A stretch of 64,000 bases of DNA from the NCBI RefSeq assembly GCF_006345805.1, contig NC_043011.1:28656464-28720463 (forward strand), in the 5' to 3' direction. The notes below the pieces were generated by a model. That model was not told where the DNA came from. It did no database searches and worked only from the letters and a program-made list of their open reading frames with translations. A program made the position numbers and the translations under genes. Shown here piece by piece: positions 54,091 through 64,000 of this stretch (its first letter is position 1; each line of letters starts with the position of its first letter). The stretch is from Octopus sinensis (taxonomy: Eukaryota).

Positions 54091-54894
54091 TTTACATATA
54101 TAATTCTACCTTTGAACTTCTCTCATTATGATCTGAAATGTACGGTCTTTCTTCCCTGTTGACGGAGGCTCGATTTATCCAGTCTCGATTGCTTCCATTA
54201 CGGCTGCATATTGCGAGGAACTACATCCAAGACATATATTGGATTTATTACACCTTTCATCTTCCCCTTTAATTATCTCTTTAATTTTCTCCGTGTAAGT
54301 TGAATCTATTAATATAAATATCTGTATATTTATACTTAAATATTCATCGTCTGAAAGTCTTACACTTTTGGTTTCTCCAATTTTGCATGTATACATACCC
54401 AAACTGTTATATTTAATATATCTAATTTGTTTATCCGGATAATTGCGTCTATATATATATATATATATATATATTATGGGTGGGATCCCCTTTTGTGAAA
54501 ATTTGTTAACTGACAAAGTTGGCTTGATACCGTCAAATAAGACAGAACCATTTGTAGCAGTCCGTCTCTTTGCCAACAATAAATAAGATTTTCACCCTAA
54601 TAGGAAAATCATACTAACGAATTAATGCTTAATTATTAATAATTATCTCCCCTTCTTTTTCGGGTTGCTAAAAATTGTTTTCCTTTTTTTCCCCCTTCCA
54701 TCGTGGAGTTAATTCACAATAATCAAGAATTTCTAAGGACACCACCCACTACATCACCTTCAAGCGGAAAATCTACATCCATGATACCGACCAACAATAT
54801 TTTACTTAAATGAATAGGATGAGATTGACCAGCCCAAACATAAATCAAAACATAAATGATTTTTGTACTTTTGCCGTATTTTTCAATTTTTTTC

Positions 54895-55862
54895 AATTTT
54901 TTATTTTATCTAGTTTCAGCTCACGAGCTGTGGCCATGTGGGGCACTGCCATTTGGTGTTACTACATAATTTTACTTCACGAATGCTTTTTAGCAATTGA
55001 CATTTGGTGCATGAGAGAGTTTGATGCAGCTGCCCTCATCTGCACCTCTGGACAGGAAGAGGTCCAGTTTTATTTTGAAGATACCTACATCCACCCCATG
55101 CAGGTCTCTCAGGTCCTTCGGGAGGATATTGAAGAGCTGTGGACCTCTGAAGCCCAGGCTGTTGCAGTATCTTCTCCTACATCTTGATGGTAAATTTGGA
55201 GTCCTTGGCACTATGCATTGGCGCCCAGTTCTAGTATTTGTGTAACTCTCGATGCCAAAGTTTGGGACAAGTCTTTCCAGGATCTTCCAGATGTATATTA
55301 TGGCATATCTTTCTCGCCCACGCTCAAAGGAATAGAGTCTTAATCTCTTGAGTCTTTCCCAATAGCTTCTATGCTGCATAGAGGCTATCTTCTTCGTGTA
55401 GCTTCGTTGGATTGCCTCAAGTTCTGAGATTAATTAACACTGGTTCGTGACCATAGCTGAGAGCAATAGTCAAAGTGGCTTAGGACAAGTGTCCTCCAGA
55501 AGACTATCATGGTTTCCTGGTCCCTTGTTCTAAAAGTTCTAAGAATCCACCCGGTCAGCCGCCTGCATTTCATTGCCAATTTAGCAACTTGCACATGAAA
55601 GGATGCATCATTACTCATGTAAATGCCCAAGTCTCGCACTGACTGTGCCTCTGGGATTGCAGTTCCTCCAGGTCCAGTGTATTTATTGGGTATTGCATTT
55701 AGTTCCGCATGCTGATAGCACAAGGCTTGAAACTTTTCAGCATTAAACTGTATGCTATTCTTTTCAGCTCACTTATATATTTCATCCAGCTTACATTGCA
55801 GGTGCATAGTGTCTTCAGGGTTCTGTATTACCTGTGAGACTTTTGTATCATCTGCATAACGT
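54895..55862 (-). mobile_element. 5'-truncated CR1-clade LINE (RT C-terminal half and 3' UTR)
   Basis: YADDTK, VRDLGIYMSND.SF, LVLSHFDYCSQLW, LEAIQR, SYWERLKRLRLYS.ER.RER, GPQLFNILP; stops present. Confidence 0.88.
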
Positions 55863-56205
55863 ATTTGCTGACATATGATACACACTTTCGTATAAAATAC
55901 ACTTCTTTACTTGTATACTGCTTTATCATTCGCCCATACACTTCACTTCATATCCCATTCGTAATGTGGCTGCATTCGACACTTGGCATTTAAGTATTGT
56001 TGCATTTAAGAATAAGAGAGCTTGTTCTATGCTCGATCACATGCGGTAACAATCTGCGTTGATGGATTAGAGCTTGTGAAAACCGTACTTCACAGATGAG
56101 TTAGAATTTCAAAAAAATAAGTTTATAACTGGCATATATATATATATAATAGGCTAATAAACAAGAAAAGAGCACATCTTAACAATGTGAACATCTTGAA
56201 ATTGT

Positions 56206-56305
56206 NNNNNNNNNNNNNNNNNNNNNNNNNNNNNNNNNNNNNNNNNNNNNNNNNNNNNNNNNNNNNNNNNNNNNNNNNNNNNNNNNNNNNNNNNNNNNNN
56301 NNNNN
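56206..56305. other. Assembly gap (100 N, true size unknown)
   Basis: Run of exactly 100 N. Confidence 1.
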
Positions 56306-56342
<37 letters not shown>

Positions 56343-56349
56343 TTTTATA

Positions 56350-56790
56350 ATAGCAAAAGGCCCCCCCCGTCCAATGGACGGTGCTGAGGTGTCAAACATT
56401 TAAGCCAAAAACGACTTGTCCGACAGTCCCATAGACCTCTCCTTTGAGAAACACTGATTTAACCTAAATTTGAGACACCAGCAAAAGAAGAAATAAAAAT
56501 AGACTTTTGTTCTATTCCAAAGTAAAACGATTTTATTCACATAAATATGCAACAGAAGAGTTTAAAGTACCAGTAAGTACATCACAACAGCTGATGTACT
56601 TGCACGTACAAATGCACGTTCCCACGGCTTTATCGATCTCATTCTAACCTGGAATTTTTGTAATTTTTGTAATTTTTTCAAAACTTATACACGCCCTGAT
56701 ACTGTCGGTATCTACATATCAAATTTGGGTGCAATCGGATGGAGGATGCCCGAGCTCTTAGAAGACACACACATAAACAGATATGTATAT
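56350..56790 (+). mobile_element. Probable HINE/Helentron-like non-autonomous element
   Basis: 3' CATATCAAATTTGGGTGCAATCGGATGG...GACACACACATAAACAGA pattern. Confidence 0.45.
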
Positions 56791-56821
<31 letters not shown>

Positions 56822-57226
56822 CGTGTAATAATAATTTCTTAAGTGACCAGAAGATGGATTTCGTATTAATCTTTATTTTGTGCAACAGTAGTTTCGGCCC
56901 ACCCTGCTGTTGTCCCTTATGGGTGGGACTCTTCAATATGTTGTGATGCATCCATTCTACAGTCTGGATCTCATCAAGTACATCTATGTAGAAAGTTGTA
57001 TCTCGCTAAAGATGTTGAGTTTTGGCTGTCATGTTGTTATATGCCCATCTGCTTAGGAAATGAAATATTGTTACAGTTTTCAATTACTATTATCTTTCAA
57101 TGAGAATTGATTGCAAACATTTGTAAATATAAACAAATAACTGTTGATAAAAAGAAATTGTAGGGGAAGTGAAAGGATGGACAGGGATGGATAGTGTTGC
57201 ATTGGGTTTAAGATGAAAGAATGATA

Positions 57227-57229
<3 letters not shown>

Positions 57230-57264
<35 letters not shown>

Positions 57265-57715
57265 CATTTTTGTATATAGTGCTCAGGTGCACCACAACTT
57301 GTCAAAAGTGCATATAAAGTATATGCAGTAATGTAAAAATGTCTGGAAAGCGAACAGTGTATGAGTCAGATACATGCTTTGGTGTGTATGAAGGGGGGAA
57401 AATCAGGTGTAGTGTTGGCGAATCTCAGGAAGCATGGAAGTTTTGAAGGATGCAGTGCTCCGACACCTAACAACTGACGCCGGCAGTCTGCTCCATGCTT
57501 TAGTAACTCTTAGTGTGAAAAAATGTTTCCGAAAGTCATGGGAGTTGTGCTGTTTTCTGACTTTGTAAATATGTCCATGGGTGTTAGACGGGTGGAGTTT
57601 GAAAAGGTGCTCAGAGTTATTGTTAGTAAGATGGTTAATAATTTTATGGGTGTCTGCCAAGTCAGCTGCCAGACGTCGGTGTTTCAATGTGTCCATGCCC
57701 AGGGAAGTAAGGCGT
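57230..57715 (-). mobile_element. 3' fragment of a second CR1-clade LINE with an (ATT)n tail
   Basis: L..RRL.ADL...HKI, THGH..K, RKHFFTLRV..AW..LP..VV...S..SFK; 3' UTR ends in ATT repeats. Confidence 0.8.
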
Positions 57716-57719
57716 TCAG

Positions 57720-58097
57720 AACTCTTTTACTTGTTTCAGTCCTTTGACTGTGGCCATGCTGGAGCACCGCCTTTAGTCGAGCAAATCAACTTCAGGACTT
57801 ATTCTTTGTAAGCCTAGTACTTATTCTATCGGGCTCCTTTGCCGAACCGCTAAGTTACGGGGACGTAAACACACCAGCATCGGTTGTCAAGCGATGTTGT
57901 GGGGACAAACACAGACACACAAACATATACACACACATTCATATATATACGACGAGCTTCTTTCAGTTTCTGTCTACCAAATCCACCCACAAGGCTTTGG
58001 TCGGCCCGAGGCTATAGTAGAAGACACTTGCCCAAGGTGCCACGCAGTGGGACTGAACCCGGAACCATGTGGTTGGTAACCACACAGCCACTCCTAC
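57720..58097 (-). mobile_element. SINE1
   Basis: Reverse-complement unit. Confidence 0.9.
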
Positions 58098-59260
58098 GTC
58101 CGAGGAAGCCCTTAAGATCGAAACGTGAAACACTTCATTATTTTTGTATAATTTATTAGGTGTCTACCTAAAACCTAAAAACCATTTCGTTGACAGCGTC
58201 TTTTATGCGTTGTTATTACCTTGTCAACTTCGCAGATACACACAGAAACGCACACGCATGATCACGCGCACACTTAATTAAATTTATACATACAACTACG
58301 CAGCTATAGTAATTATATATGTGTGTATGTACGTATACATATATTTATGTATGCAGCGGCTATACACACACATATACATATACACCACAAATACATACGT
58401 AAGTATACACATGAACAAATACATATTCATAACCATCTAGCTCCAGAATATAATTTAATTAAATAAAGAAATCGATAATTATAATGTTTTGTTAATTAAA
58501 TATTATATTTATTTTTTGCTTTTCAAGTTTTTTTTTCCTCTTTAATAAGTAAAGTATTTTAGGATTCCATTTAAATGAATTAATAATTCTTGATAATTGG
58601 CTGTGTATATTTGTGTTTATGGTGGCGAATTGATAGGCTCGTTAGAGGTTCCAAAAAATATTTTACGCTACATAGTCTGGCTCTTACTCTGATACAGTTT
58701 ATATTAGGCCTTATCATTCATCTTGTTTGGGGGATGGAAGGGTGTCAATAAAAAACCAACACCACCCAACAAAAATAAAAACAAACAAAACAAATGCATT
58801 AGTTCAAGAAGAAGAAAAATTAGAGCATCTGATGAGGTGTCTAGCCCCTTTCATCTTGCATCATGCAGTATCTGTTTTTCTCTTTTACCAAGCCACTGTT
58901 TTAACAGATTTAACAGATATAACTGGGGTACTTATGTGTACACATGACTCTTGCTTTTGCTTTTTTCCATGGATGCGTGTAAGTATTTCATTTATTTCTT
59001 ATCCTATTTTCTACTGAAGAGGGAAGAATCCATAGGATTAATCCTCAAATTGATTCAATATTTGACGATTTAAAGTCTGTTCTCAGCATATTGGCATTGA
59101 AATACTTTTTCTATTGCCCTTGTTTATAAGTTGTATATATATATATATATATACACACATACATATATATACATACACACACATACATAATATGTAGATA
59201 ATATACATATAAGTATATATATATGCATATATGTATATATAATATGTCTCTCTCTCTCTC

Positions 59261-59333
<73 letters not shown>

Positions 59334-59611
59334 TAGAGAGATAGAGAGAGAGGATTGGCCAAAAGCCACAGGACAGTAAATCAAAACCATTTACTTCCAA
59401 GATTAAAACAAAAAATTATATTATATGAGACTTGACTTCACTAATAAACAGACAAATTTTGAAAAAGAAAAACAGTGATTTTAACTCACACCATTCAATT
59501 ATTAAACATTCATAATTGGAATAAATAAATAAAATTGAATATTAAGTATTTATGGAATTTTGATTTACTGTCGGGTGACTTTTGGCCAACTCTGTATGTA
59601 TGTTTGATAGC

Positions 59612-59644
<33 letters not shown>

Positions 59645-59866
59645 TGTATATAAACTACAAGTCTATTTTGTATCTCTTGTTTCATGCCCACTGTGATCAC
59701 ACGTGCGCATGCGCACACACACATATCATAAGCGCGAGCACACACATACACCTATACATGTAGCAAAGACGAATGCGAATTAAGGATATATTAAATATCA
59801 TACAAGATGAATTCTTCATTTATTGAAACCAGTTCCTCTTATACAGAGGGTAGACAAATCGCTAGT

Positions 59867-60247
59867 GGAGGCGCAATGGCCCAGTGGTTAGGGCAGCGGA
59901 CTCGCGGTCGTAGGATCGCGGTTTCGATTCCCAGACCGGGCATTGTGAGTGTTTATTGAGCGAAAAACACCTAAAGCTTCACGAGGCTCCTGCAGGGGGT
60001 GGCGGTGAACCCTGCTGTACTCTTTCACCACAACTTTCTCTCACTCTTTCTTCCTGTTTCTGTTGTACCTGTATTTCAAAGGGCCAGCCTTGTCACACTC
60101 TGTGTCACGCTGAATCTCCTCGAGAACTACGTTAAGGGTACACGTGTCTGTGGAATGCTCAGCCACTTGCACGTTAATTCCGCGAGCAAGCTGTTCCGTT
60201 GATCGTATCAGCTGGGACCCTCATCGTCGTAACCGACGGAGTGCTCC
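59867..60247 (+). mobile_element. SINE3, full length with target site duplication
   Basis: A box TGGCCCAGTGG and B box GTTTCGATTCC; AGACAAATCGCT(T)AGT at 59852-59866 and 60252-60267. Confidence 0.9.
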
Positions 60248-60671
60248 TTTAAGACAAATCGCTTAGTACCTCGTAGTACCAACCGAGAAGGGGAGATAAT
60301 CTAAAAAAATAAAACTGTCATGCTATTAAGAAAGACAACACAATGATCTGAAAACAAAAAGACAGTTTCATTCAACAACGTCAGCGCAGCAATTGTCCTA
60401 TTTTATCTTCAGCAGAGGAGATACTTTGATGTATGCGAAAAATAGTAGAACCTATTCATAATCTTCGTAATTTGATTAAATGAAATGAAAATGAGCAAAC
60501 AGTGATACTTTGGAGTGGTTTCAGGACTATATTTGAATAACAGTTGTGGAAGATATGCTTGGAGGTACGATCTCATATATTTCTCTATACTGTGTATCAA
60601 TTGTCAACTCTTCTGATTATCGCACACACACATACACACATATATACATACACACATATACATACTCACAT

Positions 60672-61048
60672 ACTCTTTTACTTGTTTTAGTCATGTGACT
60701 GTGGCCATGCTGGAGTACCGCATTTAGCCGAGCAAATCGACCCCAGGACTTATTCTTTGTAAGCCTAGTACTTATTCTATCGGTCACTTTTGCCGAAACG
60801 CTAAGTTACGGGGACGTAAACACACCAGCATCGGTTGTCAAGTGATGTTGGGGGGACAAACACAGACACACAAACATGTACACACACATACATATATATA
60901 CATACATATATGTGACGGGCTTCTTTCAGTTTCCGTCTACCAAATCCACTCACAAGGCTTTGGTCGGCCCGAGGCTATAGTAGAAGACACTTGCCCAAGG
61001 TGCTACGCAGTGGGACTGAACCCGGAACCATGTGGTTGGTAAGCAAGC
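60672..61048 (-). mobile_element. SINE1
   Basis: Reverse-complement unit. Confidence 0.9.
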
Positions 61049-61106
61049 TACTTACCTACCTACATACCTGTCTGTCTGTCTGTATCTGTCTGTATCTGTC
61101 TGTTTG

Positions 61107-61175
<69 letters not shown>

Positions 61176-61259
61176 ATATCTATCTATCTATCTATGTATC
61201 TACCTACCTACCTATCTATCTACCTACCTACCTACCTATCTATCTACCTACCTACCTAC

Positions 61260-61319
<60 letters not shown>

Positions 61320-62733
61320 TTATCTATCTATCTACACTATAATAAAGACAACGATTCATTACTTAGTTACAAATACGCAACTTTTACTAAAAGAAAGCAA
61401 TTACTAAATTGTAAACAGTCTAGAAAATTCTTAATAATTCCAATTTTCATTTTGTTTTTATCCAAGTGTACGTGTCAAGATTCTTTTATTATTTAAGATG
61501 TCAGCTTCACGATTCAGTCAGAAACTGATTTTAATTCACTGCGACTTAACGTTAAACATTTGCATTTTTTCTCTCCTTCGTTCCTTTACAATTCTGTCTC
61601 TCTCACTCTCTTCCTGTCCATCTCTTTGTTTACCACTTCTATTTATCTTTCTCAACCCTTTAACTTTCCTTCTCTCACTCTTATTGTCATATTTTTTCTC
61701 CAGTGTATTACTCCTCTCATTCATGAACCCTTTCTCTTTCTACATTTACATCCTTTGCCTTACATTTTTCATATGACTTTTTGTCTTTCTCTTGCACACT
61801 ATTACTACAACTTTTTTTTTTTTACCTTGCAACGCCATGTTTCTCTTTCTCTCATTCTCTCCCCCTGCTTTCTCTCGCTTCTATTTAATTGTTTATCGTG
61901 AAAATAAGTAATTACAAAGTTCTTCTTTGACATTGAGAATATTTGTGAAAAGTTTTACACTGTATCTATTTATCACATCAATTTTTTCATCGCAAGTTTC
62001 AAGTGTAAACCACGGTCCTTTGAGTAATGAATGCCTGGGTTATTTTCTGTAACTATGTCGATTTTGTATTTATTATTAGGTGATATATCGATTTCATTTT
62101 ACATATCTTTTGCAATACAATAATACAATATACATACTGCTCTGTTAGTTTCCACACCAGAATTTTTCAGTTCAACATGGGTCGTCCACAAAGTATGTAA
62201 CTAAAACAAAATGGTTGACAACAAAGGCACGACAGCAAAAGGAGAGAAAGACAACTAAGTTAGAGAAAGCCAGAGTAAAACAACTCAAAGAAATATATGA
62301 ATAAGCATGTAGGCGTAGAGAATATGATTCTGTTTCTGCTGTACACGACAGTGAGGCCAGGGTATCTCAGGAAGAGAATAATCAACTTCGGAAAAATAAA
62401 CTGAACCAGCTTTTACATTCTGTGAATATTTTGGTGCCAATTTAATAACCATTATAGACAGAATGTCTCATGCAAATAGTAGTGAAATTCAAATAGGAAC
62501 AATAGTGCAAACACGATGCTGTGGAATCACACTGAATATGTATAACGGGAGTAGACATGAGAAAAAAACATCAACTTTCAAATTACAAACCTGTTACAGG
62601 TTTTGGCAATGACTACCACTTTCGATTACTTACAATAACATAGTATATATATATATATATAGTGAGAATTTACAAAAAAACAACAAAAACTAAAGACAAA
62701 GACGGGTGTGTAAACAACAAACACGTAAGAAGA

Positions 62734-62771
62734 TCTTTTACGTTTCGAGCCTACGCTCGTCGACAGAAAGA
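62734..62771 (-). ncRNA. Minimal hammerhead-like motif (A6U variant) in a pseudo-LTR at ~62660-62850
   Basis: TCTTT-CTGTCGA-C-GAGC(gtag)GCTC-GAAAC-GTA^-AAAGA; 5-bp stem I. Confidence 0.55.
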
Positions 62772-63075
62772 AACAACACAGAAAGTAAAAACAGGAGAAA
62801 AAGAGAAAAAAGGTTTAGTGGCGAGTGATCTATCATGGCCATATTATATATATATATATATATAATAATATATATATATATATATATAATATATTTATAT
62901 ATAACAAAAAGGGACATTAGCCATTTGAATGTGGGCTAGGGACAGGCAGGGCGGTGGGGGTGTTACTGTTGCATTTAGAAGCCCAGGCGAACATCAACGT
63001 CACCAGAAAGGCTTGACACCATCACGGCGTCCTCTATCCTGCAAAGGAGATCATCCACCGAAGAAGCGGAAGCCA

Positions 63076-63120
63076 CATACGGACCCAGGTTTCGAGGTGT
63101 TTGCCTCTCGTCAACGTATG
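63076..63120 (-). ncRNA. Type I hammerhead motif (C3U variant)
   Basis: CATACG-TTGACGA-GAGG(caaaca)CCTC-GAAAC-CTGG-GTC^-CGTATG. Confidence 0.65.
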
Positions 63121-63371
63121 GTAGGCACCGCCCCTCGACGAACGACTCTCTGTGCAGGATATTTATATATAGATTTTCACGTAAATACATTTACTGATTT
63201 CGAAATCTGTTCGACAGCAATAATAATCTCTAAACGAGATATAGACAGTACTGCTCCATAACAAAAGGGACATTAGCCATTTGAATGTTTTTTCGAAATC
63301 AGTAATGTATGTACGTGAAAATCTATATATCAATATCCTGCACGAGACTCGTTCGTCGGGGCGGTGCCTAC

Positions 63372-63416
63372 CATACGTTGACGAGAGGCAAACACCTCGA
63401 AACCTGGGTCCGTATG
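63372..63416 (+). ncRNA. Type I hammerhead motif (C3U variant)
   Basis: Same motif as 63076-63120 on the opposite strand; 6-bp stem I, 4-bp stem II, GUC triplet. Confidence 0.65.
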
Positions 63417-63851
63417 TGGCTTCCGCTTCTTCGGTGGATGATCTCCCTTGCAGGATAGAGGACGCCGTGAGGGTGTCAAGCCTTTCTGGGACGTTGATGT
63501 TCGCCTGGGGCTAAATGCAACAGTAACACCCCCACCGCCCTGCCCTGTCCTAGCCACATTCAAATGGCTAATGTCCCTTTTGTTATGGAGCAGTTACTGT
63601 CTATATCTCGTTTAGAGAATTTTATTGCTATATATATAATATATATATATATACAGCACGGAATTTTTCAGTGAACAGGTCGCGGTTTCAAAGCGACGAA
63701 CATATTTGAGAAATTAATTTAAATGTTGAAGTGAATCTAACGGTTTTTTTTGTGTTTCTTAAAAGGCTTATAAACACCTTCCACGCTGCAATTGTTTTCG
63801 TTCCAGCACACGATCTCAGATCAGGTCACTTGCTATGCAAGTACATCTCCG

Positions 63852-63885
<34 letters not shown>

Positions 63886-64000
63886 CATTTCGGGACGGTC
63901 ACTGTTTTTTGATAAATAAATACACGCAATTATATACTCATTCTTCACTTCAGCTTTACAATTGTTCCTATTTTAGTGTCCTTTGTCATAAATCCTGCAG

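Larger units (their letters stand above)
62901..63630. repeat. Head-to-head inverted pair of GC-rich pseudo-LTRs (~300-bp arms) plus an extra inverted terminal copy
   Basis: 62901-63207 is the reverse complement of 63290-63590; 63218-63288 is the reverse complement of 63557-63628; (TA)n flanks. Confidence 0.88.

Noticed and set aside
58090-58135. CCGAGGA..GAAAC-GTG (and a similar remnant at ~43045-43080)
   Set aside because: The triplet and stems are too degenerate to support a call.
58820-58870. CTGATGA at ~58829 (similar cases at ~6895, ~47498 and ~25067)
   Set aside because: No downstream GAAA-NUH with matching stems.
59867-59940. tRNA-like sequences with A and B boxes (also 7959, 15562, 23943)
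   Set aside because: They continue into SINE bodies, lack a complete acceptor stem and have target site duplications, so they are not tRNA genes.
62929-63563. Four overlapping ORFs on both strands
   Set aside because: They are mirror frames of the GC-rich inverted repeat, and the two arms differ by frameshifts.

Overview
Eukaryotic, AT-rich, repeat-dense DNA, almost certainly from an octopus (Octopus vulgaris/sinensis group, inferred from the one recognisable gene and from the SINE families). There are two 100-N gaps of unknown true size (9308-9407, 56206-56305). The only host gene is a large coding exon (21946-22921, +) of an oxytocin/vasopressin-type GPCR that I recognise from memory as the octopressin receptor (OPR). 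It covers TM1-TM6, follows a 5'-UTR splice acceptor and ends at a GTAAGT donor. I could not find the TM7 exon, so most of the right half of the window is probably one very long intron. The rest is microsatellites and transposon remnants: several tRNA-derived SINE families, CR1, RTE and R4/Dong LINE fragments, a decayed Penelope-like element (PLE), a full-length but inactivated mariner, Helitron/Helentron-like non-autonomous elements, a piggyBac-like MITE and an ORF1-only (RRM + zinc knuckle) retroelement. The most unusual signal, invisible in the ORF track, is about a dozen minimal type I hammerhead ribozyme (HHR) motifs. They come from several PLE pseudo-LTR families and are usually embedded in (TA)n. 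They include two sense-strand GUC hammerheads 5 kb apart in the putative OPR intron, head-to-head inverted pairs, an inverted arm that starts at the predicted cleavage site, and a core with a compensatory U3-A8 pair. All folds were read by eye and none has been computed or tested.
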